NCBI GenBank assembly: GCA_965153285.1
Contig: OZ229112.1
Strand: one strand, 5' to 3'
DNA: 64,000 nucleotides
Origin: Podarcis tiliguerta
Lineage: Eukaryota
The translations under genes were made by a program, and so were the position numbers. The notes beneath the pieces were generated by a model that was not told where the DNA came from, did not search any database, and was given only the letters and a program-made list of their open reading frames with translations. This document shows, piece by piece, positions 52,301 to 61,114 of this stretch. Every line of letters begins with the position of its first letter. Position 1 is the stretch's first letter.

Positions 52301-52664
52301 GGAGCACCATGAAGCTCTTGATGATGCCAGTACAAAATCAGCCTTCGTTATCCCTGCTCACTCTAATTGCAATGGGTGTATTTCTCCTCCTCATGCAGAC
52401 ACCAGAAAAACACCAAGCAGACCTGGAAGTCGAGCAGGAAGCAAGGCTGGCAGCAGAGCAAGCAGCCGCCGGGGCAGTGACGCATCTGATTTTGACATTT
52501 CAGAAATTCAGTCTGTGTGCTCAGATGTATCAGAGACTGTTCATACCCCAATTAGGCCAACACCCCGACCCAATTCTCGCTCAGCATCTGGAAAACCTTC
52601 CAAAATTCCAACTCCACAAAGAAAGTCGCCGGCCAGCAAATTAGACAAGTCCTCCAAGAGATAG
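475..52664 (+). CDS. DST: Dystonin (BPAG1) spectraplakin, 3' part of a multi-exon CDS (31 exons in window, 1558 aa; 5' end lies upstream)
   Basis: All 31 exons have AG/GT boundaries with consistent phases. The translation follows the DST C-terminus (FHDKID...[20 protein letters not shown]...; [18 protein letters not shown]; ends ...[13 protein letters not shown]), and the ending is DST-type rather than MACF1-type. Confidence 0.97.
816..1042 (+). CDS. DST: DST exon [17 protein letters not shown]...[10 protein letters not shown]
   Basis: cctag|TG ... GAG|gtaggt; 227 nt. Confidence 0.95.
2795..2917 (+). CDS. DST: DST exon [41 protein letters not shown]
   Basis: ttag|ACT ... GAG|gtatga; 123 nt; not in the ORF track. 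Confidence 0.95.
3425..3526 (+). CDS. DST: DST exon [34 protein letters not shown]
   Basis: gcag|CTA ... CAG|gtaagg; 102 nt. Confidence 0.95.
3982..4115. mobile_element. hAT-type MITE with 8-bp TSD CCCTAAAA
   Basis: CAGAG...CTCTG termini; CCCTAAAA at 3974-3981 and 4116-4123. Confidence 0.85.
4282..4326. repeat. (GT)n(GA)n microsatellite
   Basis: Read directly. Confidence 0.95.
5495..5815 (-). mobile_element. L2-like LINE 3' fragment with (TTG)n tail
   Basis: Squamate L2-type 3' sequence (ggggagagcattccacagacggggtgccactgcagagaaggcc) ending in a simple-repeat tail; recognised by eye. Confidence 0.6.
7726..7827 (+). CDS. DST: DST exon [34 protein letters not shown]
   Basis: acag|GCC ... AAG|gtatga; 102 nt. 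Confidence 0.95.
10206..10379 (+). CDS. DST: DST exon [19 protein letters not shown]...EDKIVSRQ
   Basis: acag|CAA ... CAG|gtaaat; 174 nt. Confidence 0.95.
10710..10897 (+). mobile_element. CR1 LINE 3' end fragment
   Basis: CR1 ORF2-end/3' UTR motifs: tctccttccttggaggtttttaagcagaggttggatggcc ... ggttggactagatgaccc..ggtcccttcc. Confidence 0.8.
12123..12278 (+). CDS. DST: DST exon [24 protein letters not shown]...IELAKHH
   Basis: acag|CAT ... CAT|gtacgt; 156 nt. Confidence 0.95.
13465..13712 (+). mobile_element. CR1-type 3' fragment (related copies at about 1500-1730, 43630-43930, and on the minus strand near 52040-52330)
   Basis: Shared motifs ggctttaaaa..ggattaga, accagttgctg, ggccactgtga..acaggatgctggactagatg recur in all copies. 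Confidence 0.65.
14147..14344 (+). CDS. DST: DST exon [14 protein letters not shown]...QLDSALIQ
   Basis: gcag|GTG ... CAG|gtgtgt; 198 nt. Confidence 0.95.
15042..15170 (+). CDS. DST: DST exon [43 protein letters not shown]
   Basis: ttag|GCC ... ATG|gtaagg; 129 nt. Confidence 0.95.
15336..15502. repeat. Inverted repeat, 80-bp arms (5 mismatches), 7-nt loop
   Basis: 15336-15415 versus the reverse complement of 15423-15502. Confidence 0.95.
16576..16746 (+). CDS. DST: DST exon [20 protein letters not shown]...ETKLSERK
   Basis: ttag|GAA ... AAA|gtatgt; 171 nt. Confidence 0.95.
18568..18723 (+). CDS. DST: DST exon [24 protein letters not shown]...FQIDEHK
   Basis: acag|ATC ... AAG|gtatgt; 156 nt. 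Confidence 0.95.
18984..19190 (+). CDS. DST: DST exon [20 protein letters not shown]...ARKRAKQ
   Basis: caag|GTC ... CAG|gtaatg; 207 nt. Confidence 0.95.
19326..19579 (-). mobile_element. tRNA-derived CORE-type SINE (Squam3-like), full length
   Basis: Minus strand starts GAGAGCCAGTGTGGTGTAGTGGTTAAG (A box) ... GGTTCGCTTCC (B box), then CORE-like gggtgaccttgggccagtcac and a (CTT)n tail. Confidence 0.85.
21119..21238 (+). CDS. DST: DST exon [17 protein letters not shown]...QLAQHK
   Basis: acag|TTC ... AAG|gtgagt; 120 nt. Confidence 0.95.
22090..22219. mobile_element. hAT-type MITE with 8-bp TSD CCTTAAAA
   Basis: TIR CAGGCTTCCTCAAACTC / GAGTTTAAGGAAGCCTG; CCTTAAAA at 22082-22089 and 22220-22227. 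Confidence 0.9.
22305..22655 (+). mobile_element. Sauria SINE, full length
   Basis: GGGACGCGGGTGGCGCTGTGGGTTAA (A box), GGTTCGAATCC (B box), (ACCTTT)n tail, and an about 12-bp TSD taattctta(a/t)tt. Confidence 0.93.
25243..25412 (+). CDS. DST: DST exon [21 protein letters not shown]...CGKSVE(R)
   Basis: acag|GAG ... AG|gtaaga; 170 nt; ends phase 2. Confidence 0.95.
26451..26610 (+). CDS. DST: DST exon [25 protein letters not shown]...LIDNHK
   Basis: tcag|A ... AAA|gtaatg; 160 nt. Confidence 0.95.
27607..27801 (+). CDS. DST: DST exon [23 protein letters not shown]...LEQALHQ
   Basis: ttag|GCC ... CAG|gtgaag; 195 nt. Confidence 0.95.
28482..28506. repeat. (AC)n microsatellite
   Basis: Read directly. 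Confidence 0.95.
28975..29103 (+). CDS. DST: DST exon [24 protein letters not shown]...LIDQHR
   Basis: acag|GCA ... CGG|gtgagt; 129 nt. Confidence 0.95.
30022..30096. repeat. (TTTTC)n pentanucleotide microsatellite
   Basis: About 15 near-perfect units. Confidence 0.95.
32286..32429 (+). CDS. DST: DST exon [48 protein letters not shown]
   Basis: ttag|GAA ... GAG|gtcagt; 144 nt. Confidence 0.95.
33093..33281 (+). CDS. DST: DST exon [14 protein letters not shown]...ALIAEHQ
   Basis: caag|GTG ... CAG|gtaaga; 189 nt. Confidence 0.95.
34158..34287 (+). CDS. DST: DST exon [22 protein letters not shown]...DKGRGG(R)
   Basis: gcag|ACA ... GGAA|gtaagt; 130 nt; ends phase 1. Confidence 0.95.
34298..34390. 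repeat. Compound (TC)n(AC)n(AT)n microsatellite
   Basis: Read directly; begins about 11 nt after a splice donor. Confidence 0.95.
34674..34837 (+). CDS. DST: DST exon [13 protein letters not shown]...[25 protein letters not shown]
   Basis: acag|GA ... GAG|gtcagt; 164 nt. Confidence 0.95.
35497..35659 (+). CDS. DST: DST exon, EF-hand 1 ([12 protein letters not shown])
   Basis: caag|CTG ... TCAA|gtaagt; 163 nt; [54 protein letters not shown]. Confidence 0.96.
35802..35956 (+). CDS. DST: DST exon, EF-hand 2 ([12 protein letters not shown])
   Basis: gcag|AA ... GAG|gtgctc; 155 nt. Confidence 0.96.
36038..36278. mobile_element. Tc1/mariner (Tigger/pogo-like) MITE
   Basis: TA|CAGTGGTACCTCGGTTTAC ... 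GTAAACCAAGGTACCACTG|TA. Confidence 0.9.
36364..36438 (+). CDS. DST: DST exon, GAR domain N-part [25 protein letters not shown]
   Basis: acag|GTG ... AGA|gtaagt; 75 nt; contains the CxC Zn ligands. Confidence 0.96.
37544..37561 (+). CDS. DST: DST 18-nt microexon FFLGNQ within the GAR domain
   Basis: CACTAAT branch point at 37504, long pyrimidine tract, gtcag|TTCTTCCTGGGAAATCAG|gtata; phase 0/0; matches the spectraplakin FFLGNQ insert. Confidence 0.93.
38129..38362. mobile_element. Tc1/mariner (Tigger/pogo-like) MITE
   Basis: TA|CAGTGGAACCTCGGTT ... AACCGAGGTTCCGCTG|TA. Confidence 0.9.
39533..39695. repeat. Perfect inverted repeat, 78-bp arms, 7-nt loop
   Basis: 39533-39610 is the exact reverse complement of 39618-39695; loop CACCTAC. 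Confidence 0.97.
39917..40083. repeat. Inverted repeat, 48-bp outer arms (2 mismatches) plus an inner hairpin
   Basis: aatgaggagagaagcaggtttgggatatttcccccttcccctctgcag / ctgcagcggggaagggggaaatatcccaaacctgtttctctcctcatt; inner taaatctgc...gcagattta. Confidence 0.9.
40468..40597. repeat. Imperfect inverted repeat, arms about 59 bp (core of a palindromic MITE)
   Basis: caatgttcagaacaa.c.aggatcttaaacca / tggtttaagatcct.g.ttgttctgaacattg. Confidence 0.85.
41346..42828. mobile_element. Non-autonomous hAT transposon, 1483 bp, 8-bp TSD CCTTAGAC
   Basis: TIR CAGTGGTGGCGAACCT / AGGTTTGCCACCACTG; CCTTAGAC at 41338-41345 and 42829-42836; GC-rich interior with no transposase ORF. Confidence 0.92.
43373..43612. 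mobile_element. Mariner-type MITE
   Basis: TA|CCGTATTTTTCGCTCTATAAGA ... TCTTATAGAGCAAAAAATACTG|TA. Confidence 0.88.
44666..44783 (+). CDS. DST: DST exon, GAR domain C-part [39 protein letters not shown]
   Basis: acag|TTT ... AGAG|gtatgt; 118 nt; carries the [11 protein letters not shown]2 signature. Confidence 0.97.
44999..45232. mobile_element. hAT-like MITE
   Basis: CAGAGCTTTCCAAACT / AGTTTGGAAAGCTTCTG TIR (1 indel); internal tandem duplication of about 30 bp; no clear TSD. Confidence 0.7.
46690..47090. mobile_element. Palindromic AAACCAT(G/A)GTT-rich MITE family (other copies near 1178, 4455, 17510, 24810, 40380)
   Basis: Repeated aaaccatagtt/aaaccatggttt subunits in inverted arrangement, recurring at several sites; boundaries approximate. 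Confidence 0.55.
47736..47804 (+). CDS. DST: DST cassette exon (V)[22 protein letters not shown]
   Basis: tctag|TT ... ATAG|gttggc; 69 nt; phase 1/1; matches an optional DST segment as I recall it. Confidence 0.88.
   Translation, partial: FIIMGVKCYVRNQTLQLPLSLL
48601..48800 (+). CDS. DST: DST exon (A)[20 protein letters not shown]...AASTPK
   Basis: ctag|CT ... AAG|gtatga; 200 nt. Confidence 0.95.
49247..49357 (+). CDS. DST: DST cassette exon [37 protein letters not shown]
   Basis: acag|ACA ... GAG|gtacag; 111 nt; phase 0/0; [10 protein letters not shown] motif of the spectraplakin optional tail exon. Confidence 0.88.
51114..51140. repeat. (TTTG)n microsatellite
   Basis: Read directly. Confidence 0.9.
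51502..51625 (+). CDS. DST: DST exon [26 protein letters not shown]...RAHFA
   Basis: acag|GGG ... GCAG|gtgagc; 124 nt; ends phase 1. Confidence 0.95.
52399..52664 (+). CDS. DST: DST last coding exon: GSR repeats, SxIP motif (SKIP, 52599-52610), stop TAG
   Basis: gcag|AC ... AGA TAG; [28 protein letters not shown]...[22 protein letters not shown]. Confidence 0.97.
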
Positions 52665-53470
52665 TGTGGTCGGCTCTGTCAAGACCACCTTTTTCCTGTG
52701 CATTAAATATTTAAGTTTTTAAGATGTAAAATATTCTGTAGAAATTATTGTGAAATATTACGAGAGTTGGATTTTTAATTTTGCAGATGGCCTTATTTGT
52801 GTATTTGTCTTGTTTATTTTATGTGTATGATTTTTGTCAAATTTTGTTTCGTTTATGCCATATCATATGTGAAAAGGAGAAAGTTTTTTTTCAATGTAAC
52901 TAACGGTTGTTTGCAGTAATGTGTAGAGAGATCACTAAAAGCAATTACTGAATGTACAATTGTCTTTGCGTCCTAAGTCAACAAGGCCTGTCACTTCATC
53001 ATTAGATTAACAGTAAAGGATACCTCATAACTTTGTCTTAATACAAATGAAAAAGACAACAGTCAACATTATGCATTTTGAACTAACGCAGTGGACTTGA
53101 AGAGGCATGTGGCAGGGATACTAAGAAACAGAAGACACAGTTCATACTGCAGTTAATCAAACATTATCCTACAGAGAATTCACAGAGAGAGTTACTTAAA
53201 GAGCACTTGCCAGTACTTCAGTACTCCAATATTTTGCAGCATTTTCTGTGCCATTGCTTTAAAGGCCAGACACCATCTGGAATCTAGAATTATTACACTT
53301 GTATCAGAATGCCAGTATAATCTGCATTCACGTCAGCGTGAGGTTTTCTTTTGCTTGAGTGGATGATAGCACTGTATCATTGGACTCATTTTATATCAAA
53401 GCAGTTTTGCTTGCAGAAAGAAAAGGAAAAAAAATTATGAAATAAAGCTTGTCCCTTCTCTTTGTTGCTA
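52665..53470 (+). other. DST: DST 3' UTR (3' end approximate)
   Basis: U/AU-rich sequence with no recognisable repeat, lying between the stop codon and AATAAA. Confidence 0.7.
53441..53446 (+). promoter_or_regulatory. Polyadenylation signal AATAAA
   Basis: AATAAA followed by U-rich and GU-rich sequence (ggtgtgtgttctgtgtc, about 53494-53510). A second AATAAA lies at 53696. Confidence 0.7.
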
Positions 53471-53979
53471 CTGTATTCCTTATATCCCATGGAGGTGTGT
53501 GTTCTGTGTCAACTTTACGTCGTACATGATTTGCAAGATTCAGATCATTACTTTCAGAACAACCCTTATTTTTTCCCATTTCTCCATCACCTTTCATGCA
53601 ATCATTGGATTCCTTCAGTATACCAATTTTTGCACGTCATAAGGCACAATACACCATTCATGCCTTCAACAAGAATTCCATACTGTTGACCAGTGAATAA
53701 AACAATACTGAGTGAATCAGTGTGGAGAAAGACTAGGAAGAGGTCAGATGAATTGAGGCAGAGCATGGTTTCATTTGCAAGCAGAAAAAATGCACTAGGA
53801 AACATCTACATTTCTTCCATCGAATTCTGGTAATTGTATCTCTTCAAGAGACTACAAATCTCCAGTCTTTAAAAAATGGGATGTTTCCATGGTTTTGAGG
53901 GAAAACTGTTGAGAGTTAAGCTCCCATTTCCCACACATCCAGTGGTGCAGGAGTGGGTCCCAAGTAGAGCAATCCCATA

Positions 53980-54611
53980 CAGTGGTACCTTGGTTCTCAA
54001 ACTTAATCCATTCTAGACGTCTGTTCCAAAACCAAAGTGTTCCAAAACCAAGGTGCGCTTTCCCATAGACAGTAATGCAAAACAGATTAATCCATTCCAG
54101 ACTTTTAAAAACAACCCCTAAAACGGCAATTTAACATGAATTTTACTATCTAACGAGACCACTGATCCATAAAATGAAAACAATAATCAATGTACTGTTC
54201 TATAAAATAAATAAGACAGTATTGTAGATGATAAAAATTATAATTATTATTTTTTCTTACCTGCGCTGATGTTAGTCATTGTTTGGATGGGGGGAGTGCT
54301 TTTATCCATTTCCACAGTCACACAATCAGTAGCTAAACTGGGTTCCACACAGTCACAAAAACAAATTAACCAAAAAAGCCTCAAAAACAAAAAAATGCAA
54401 AATAAATAGCAAAACCAAAAGCGCCAAACTTAATCCGTTCTGGAAGTCCATTTGACTTCCAAAATGTTCAAAAACCAAGGCGCGGCTTCTGATGGGTGCA
54501 GGCACCCCGGAAACAATAGCCGACAACCACATAGGACGTTCGGCTTCCAAAAAACATTTGAAAACCAGAACACTTCCAGGTATTCGGCGTTTGGGAACCA
54601 AGGTACTACTG
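53980..54611. mobile_element. Tc1/mariner (Tigger/pogo-like) non-autonomous element, 632 bp
   Basis: TA|CAGTGGTACCTTGGTTCTCAAAC ... GTTTGGGAACCAAGGTACTACTG|TA. Confidence 0.9.
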
Positions 54612-54619
54612 TATTACAT

Positions 54620-54826
54620 GGGTCAGTGTAGTGTTGCAGTTAGAGTCAAACTGGGACCTGGAAGTCCCAGGTTCAGTTCTCTACTCGGCCATGAAGCTAA
54701 TTGGGAGATCTTGGGCCAATCCGTTTCTCTCAGCCTAGCTTACCAAGTTGTGGTGATAAAATAGGGGAACAGAGAACCATGTGCACCACCCTGGGTTCCT
54801 TGGAGGAAACATCAGAGATATAAATG
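54620..54826 (+). mobile_element. Old diverged tRNA/CORE SINE (MIR/Squam3-like)
   Basis: Degenerate A/B boxes (cagtgtagtgt..., caggttcagttc), CORE-like atcttgggccaatc...ctctcagcct, and 3' ccctgggttccttggagg. Confidence 0.6.
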
Positions 54827-57699
54827 TTATGTGTTTGCTTATTTAACCACATAGGCTGGATCAACAACCACTGCAAGGAATACAAGGTCAAACAGGATCA
54901 CAATGATTTATATTGTGAAGGGGTGAAGAACAGTTCTTGATTATTTTTATTACAGGTTTAAAAAAGATACTTTTACTCCTCAGTATTGACCCACTTACCC
55001 CTCTGCTTTTATTACATTACATATTTCCTTTACACTTATGAAATGACAGAGCCTTATGGACTCCCGCTGCTAAGCATTCCTATAGCACTTTTATTTTTAA
55101 AGTGCTTTCAAAATCTTTAAAGGTTTAGATTTAAAGTTGGGTTGTAAGTTAGGTTGCTCTTGCTGTTGTTTCCCATTTATACATGGGAGAGTGAGGCTGA
55201 TTTGCTCAAGATCACACAACCATTATGGCAGAGGGACTTTAACTCAGCCTTTCTGGATCCAAGTTCTTCATCTTGGTCCCAGGAACTCCCAGCAATATTG
55301 CAGCAGGGCACAGAGAGTATCCAGGTGGTAAAAATTAGGTGTGATCATTCTATATTACACTTAATACCTCTGGGAATATTTGCTTCTAACACCAGAACAC
55401 AATGCTTCCCTCAGCAGAAATGCCTATTTTTGGTTTTGGATATATTCTCATTATTTTTGTGTGCCTTTTACTTCTTTGGAGCATATGTGTTTAAATTAGA
55501 GATTTAATACTCCATTTGGATTTTGCCTAGCAGCAAAATAACAAGCCATACTTGCCACTAAACAGATGGTTACTTGTGGTTCCTGAACTACTGATGAACT
55601 TGGTAAGCTTTAAATGGCTTTGTTTTCTTTGTCAAAGTTAGTCTGAGCAGCTGCCCACAATTCCAGTACTGGCAAAGCGTGAGAGGTGCCCATTTATGAG
55701 ATACTAATTATTCTTTATTCTAATAATCCTCTGAAGGATTCATAGTTTCACTACAACTTGTGGGTTTGACTAGTTCAATGGATTGGTTTTCAGGGGCCCT
55801 TGCAGAAGTACATTTTATGGTGCATTCATTATGATACGTGGTCGTTATGTTATCGGAGCAGTCATACACAGTCCCACTTTCGATACTGTTTGCACCTGCA
55901 AGGGTTTGGAGGCAGTCACACTTTCCATTTCCAATCAGTGTGTATCCCTTAACTTCCTGCTAAAATCCTGTAACTTTCTTTACCACAGATATTCTGGTTT
56001 ATTTTGTTGTTGTGCTATAGCTCTTCCAGACAGTAATAATGTAGCATTGGAGCAGCATTGCAGAAGCAAACTAAAGCAGGATAAATTCACCTCTAATGCT
56101 CTATTACAGTGCCAAGACCTTGTTGCAGGATAAGCCCACAATAAAATAGTCTACAAGGTCCCTTACTCAGTTCTTACTGAAGCATGCATGGCAGGGCCTA
56201 TACAGTTTATTTTTACAATATAGTGGTTTGTGAAATATTGGTGTCACCTTTGCTCATATCGCAGGCAAGGATATGCAACAAAGGGGAGGGGGGAGTACCT
56301 CAGTTTGATCATATTTGTATACTGTTCCCATTTAATGTGGAGATCTGAACCACTTAACACATCACAATTTACTGTCATAGAGATCATGTTATTCCAGGCA
56401 AATCAGGGGACTTGTATTACGAAAAACACTTGCAGCCCACTTTTGCACATTGCAGTGAAAATGTGCTTTCATATCCAGAGATTTTCTACGTGCCAGTATG
56501 TTGTTTATAATGAAGCACACATTTGATGTGCTTGCCTTTTTAAAAGTCTCACCCAATCCTCTAGAGCAGCTGCATTAGAACTGAAATTAATGGCTGCCTT
56601 TAAGTCAAAAGAAGTTACATCTGCGCCACTCAGTCATTTGTCCCATTGTTCTAGCTGGTAAGTTATTCTGTTCTCTTTATTTAAGGTGCTTAAATTAACA
56701 CCGTATTAACACTGTTGAAAAAACGTAGTTTGCTTTATTCTAGCATGGCAGTCAAAAGAATGCCTGGCCAGAGAGAGGCTTTATTTTACAGAGAAACAAT
56801 GAAGTGCAGTGATAAGAAACTAACTTTCATTAAATGTGACCTTTACAACGCTGGACATTATTTCTGCTTCTAATATTTATTTGACACTGTCCAAGAGTGA
56901 AAATGCAAAGCAGTTTCACCAATATGATCCCTAACTATTTCAGAGTGTGGCCTGGCAAATCACCAGAAAACTGTAGGCCTCTGAATGTGGTGCCCTCCTA
57001 GTCAGCCTCGGTTTACCTCAGAAATGCTTTGATGATTTTTTGCGCTTCCAGCAAACGGCTATAACAAACACGATTCTGTTTTCATGCCTTTCATGGTGGA
57101 AATGTCCCAAATTCGATTTTCATTTGTAATGCCTCATCCTTACGTCTGGCCATTTTCACTAAATCCTGCTGCAGGTTATATGTTGAGAAATGAATGGCAA
57201 ATAGGGCATTTTGAAGTGTCAGCATTTTTTTTACAATCGTTAAGAAGAGTTCAGGTTTTCTTATTACATCTTTGATTCTGGCTGAGGTAGAAATAGCCTT
57301 TGAAATGAATTTTCAGAGGTGTCTGTGTATTGTCATGAGTAAATGCAAGAAGTGAAGTGACAAGTGAAGAAGCAAAAATAAATATACGTTAATCAAGCCT
57401 CTTCAAGCCAAAGAGAAGCACTTGTGCAGTCCATACTTCTAAACTGAGGTGATCTTGGAATGCGGAGATGACATTGTACTTCCCCCTCTAGCTTTCTCAC
57501 AAGCCAAAAATTGTGATATTAATGGGAAAACTTTTCTTTAGACTAAATAGCTGTTTGCGTGTCGAGACCCCAAAGCCACCCCTTTCTTTAGACTAAATAA
57601 CTGTTTATTGCAGCTTTTGAGCAAAACACAATCTATAGAAGGAGTTATAATAAGGGGGGGAAAGATATATGGGAGATGGGTTAAGGTGTTTTCATCATA

Positions 57700-57914
57700 C
57701 AGTAGTATCTCGGGTTAAGAACTTAATTCGTTCTGGAGGTCCGTTCTTAACCAGAAACTGTTCTTAACCTGAGGTACCACTTTAGCTAATGGGGTCTCCC
57801 GCTGCCACCGCGCGATTTCTGTTCTTATCCTGAAGCAAAGTTCTTAACCCGAGGTACTACTTCTGGGTTAGCAGAGTCTGTAACCTGAAGCGTCTGTAAC
57901 CCGAGGTACCACTG
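57700..57914. mobile_element. Tc1/mariner (Tigger/pogo-like) MITE
   Basis: TA|CAGTAGTATCTCGGGTTA ... TAACCCGAGGTACCACTG|TA, with internal TAACC(C/T)GAGGTAC repeats. Confidence 0.88.
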
Positions 57915-58341
57915 TAAAAGTTGTTGGAAATATGAATATACCAAACTGTCAGTTGTGATGCATGGAACACAATAGAAGGTGCCCAAATGTTCTCAGTTTT
58001 GTACGGAAGGTGATGGCTGCTCCTTCCATTATTGAAGCACCATGCATTTGTCTATCCATCATGCATGCATGACCCAATGGTGAATTTCGAGTAGGGGGAA
58101 CATAATTCGACCAATTGTAGAGAGGTTGATAGTACTCAAGACATATTCACACCATACGTTTAAAGCACTCTGACCCCACTTTAAAACAGTCATGGCTTCC
58201 CCAAAGAATTCTGTGAGCTGTCATTCATTAAGGGTGCTGAGAGTTGCTGGGAGATCTCCCTAGTCCCTTCACAGAGCTACAATTTACAGAGTTTCCATAG
58301 AAGAAGTGTGGATTGTTAAACTACTATGGGGAATTGTAGCT

Positions 58342-58635
58342 CTAAATTAATATCAGGACTTCATCCAAAAGGGGGCTTACAGCTGGGCAGCTCCACATTA
58401 CGTGGTAAGGGGACCTGATTTCTGTCTCGCATGCTGTCACCTGGGGGTTGGATATAACTATTTGCAGCAGAGCCTCTGTGGTCTCCAGTAAGTCTGGAAC
58501 ACTAGTTTTTTCCTTGATGAGACATACCCTTAGTTCAAAGGAGGCATTCATGGAGAAGAACCACTGATATAAACAGGCTGCTGGCCCTGCTGAGTACAGT
58601 AACCCAGTCAGATCTTCCAGGAGCTCTGGCAACAT
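58342..58635 (-). mobile_element. Probable degraded L1/Tx1 ORF2 C-terminal fragment
   Basis: The ORF ends YHVMWSCPAVSPLLDEV, resembling the HxxWxCPxxxxFW motif at the CCHC end of L1 ORF2. Confidence 0.45.
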
Positions 58636-59199
58636 AGATGCTGGCTAGGCAGTCATTTCAAAAGTGCATGTGACCTGTTTTTAAGTTGGGAGAAACTGCC
58701 AATTGTAATTTTTTCTTTTAATGCATGAAATAATTTGAATTCATCCTCCCTATCCAAAGGTTGGTTGAATATTATAACCTGCCAAGGCCTAACACACAAA
58801 GGCTTATTTTAAAATCTGAGCTGTGTCATAAAGTGAGTCTGCTCTGACTCCAATGAGTGCCTGTCCGGTGTATTGAGCGATGCCTGGTGAATCTCAGGAA
58901 GAAAGGTGGAGTGTGACCTGGGGGCAAAGGGCTGGATGTTTCCCATCTCTGATTTAAATGATCTCTCTCCCCCCCCCCCACCCGCCCTGTTTCTAACATT
59001 GCTTAGCATGGCACCCTAATTCAGCCTCTTTTCATGATAATCCAAATGACTGCAGAAATCTATTCCCTCATCATGTCCTTTAATTATTATTTTTGTGTGT
59101 GAGAATAGCTGGTTGCCATTTGGATTGGCCTCACTTTTTTGTTTGTTGTAAGCTTATGTAAAGAGCCTTTTACTCTTTGTACTAAACTATTTCAAAGAA

Positions 59200-59450
59200 C
59201 AGTGGTACCTTGGTTCTCGAACTGAATCCGTTCCAGGAGTCCATTCGACTCCCGAAACAGTTCGAAAACCAAGACGTGGCTTCTAATTGGCTGTAGAAGC
59301 TTCCTGCACTCAATTGGAAGCTATGGAAGCTGCTTTGGACATCCAGCTTCTGAAAAACATTTGCAAACCGGAACACTCGCTTTCTGGTTTGTGGTGTTGG
59401 GGAGCCTATTTGTTTGGGAGCCAAGCCATTTGAGTACCAAGGTACCACTG
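59200..59450. mobile_element. Tc1/mariner (Tigger/pogo-like) MITE
   Basis: CAGTGGTACCTTGGTTCTC ... GAGTACCAAGGTACCACTG|TA; the left TSD reads AA. Confidence 0.85.
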
Positions 59451-61026
59451 TAGTTAACACATAAGCCGTCTACACATTACCATTTACTGTGGCTCCAGAG
59501 CACTCTCACTGCTGATATTTGAAGCCAAGCGCGTACATTAGCCACAGTCCATATCTATCCTGAAGTTTCTTGAGATATATTGCTGTTTATTGCACTTTCC
59601 CCCAAACTGGCTTCCATCTGATTTGAAAAGGTAAGCTGCAGTAAAGCTGAGCTGTGTGCATTAGAGACACATGTTGTGCATGTACAAATGATAACACATG
59701 TGCAGATGACAGCTTAACTGAGCAAGGGTTCGGAGGGCTTGAAGATGTGGAGAAACCAAACAGGTAATGCTCATCAGGGGAAGACATTCCGCTCCCTCCC
59801 TGTTGTGTACAACAATGTAAAAATGCAACCTGAAATGCAGTGAGAGGGAAACAACTGTGCTGAGTTTTAAACTGCTAATGTGTACGTAGCCAATGCCATC
59901 GTCTATCAACATGCTGTTTTTCAGCATGAAACCTCAGCATGCGTCTGGCTGAAAGTCTAAACATTCAGAACTCTGCTTTTTCCCATCAGAGCTATAAATA
60001 GCTGGCACATGAATTTGTTTTATACTTGGCGGTCAGCAGTCTGATGATAGCGAAGGAGAAAAAACCCTCATCAGAGCACTGAGCACCAAAGAAATGCAGC
60101 CCATTCAAGTCCATTTTTATTTCCTCCTTGGTTTTTACAGTTTGTTTTGTTTTTATTGGGTTTGGCCAATCTCTGCTAGAAAAAGAGCAATGCTTAGATG
60201 AAGTTCTGCTCATAAACTCGGGAAAAAGTTCAGCAGAAATGACTGAGGTTCCTTTCCAAATTTCATGATGCACAGGAATATATATGGTGGAAGAAAGAAG
60301 CTGTGTTGCACAAGCGATAAATCTCATCAGGGTTGCCTGAATAAAAGGACATGACTTTCAGAGGCCCAGAGGGAAAGCTTCTTTTAGGTTCTCCCTATGG
60401 GAAAAAAGCTGGAGACACCATCTGCTGACAATGTCATTTGCATAACCATAATTCCCCAGTGTGCACCAGATGGCATTTTGTTAGCCACGTTTGTTTGGAC
60501 ACAATGTTCAATTTTGTTTGGTTAACCTTTAGGGAGTTGGACAGTTTTCCCATAGTTAAGGGATTTTGTGCAAAGGTAAGTTACCCCAACCCACAAGGCA
60601 TTCTGTTGCAAAGTGCTTATGATTGTTTTTCAGGAACCCTGGCTAGCATTTCGACAGTGGAACAGGATTAGAATTAGTCACTTGGTTCATGTTGGATGGA
60701 CACATTGCATTTTTGCAGTATTTGGTCTGGGGTTAAGGTATCTTTCACACCCAAGGTGTCAACTCCCTGTGATGTTAGTGACAGATTCATTGTTCTGACC
60801 CAGCCAGTATTTCAGAATGCCCCTGGTTTAGCCACTGATAAGCCTATGCCAGGTCTTATACTAGGCTGGGAAGACAAGGTGGTGTCTAGAATAGGAGCTG
60901 GAAATAAGCCCAAACATTGTAAGTCTCTTCAGATCATTATGCATCCAGATTCTTTTTTCCAAGAGAGTCTGATTACAACACTCACCTCAGAATATCATAG
61001 GGAAGTTTAGGGAAGTTTTTAATATC

Positions 61027-61114
61027 TAATGCTGCATTGTTTTTAATACTTGATTGGGAGCCGCCCAGAGTGGCTGGGGAAACTCAGCCAGATGGGCGGG
61101 GTATAAATAATAAA

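Noticed and set aside
475-52664. Paralogue MACF1 as an alternative identity
   Set aside because: Diagnostic peptides ([43 protein letters not shown]) fit DST as I recall it.
57533-57606. Repeat-spacer-repeat resembling CRISPR
   Set aside because: Only two units, in a vertebrate genome, with no cas genes.
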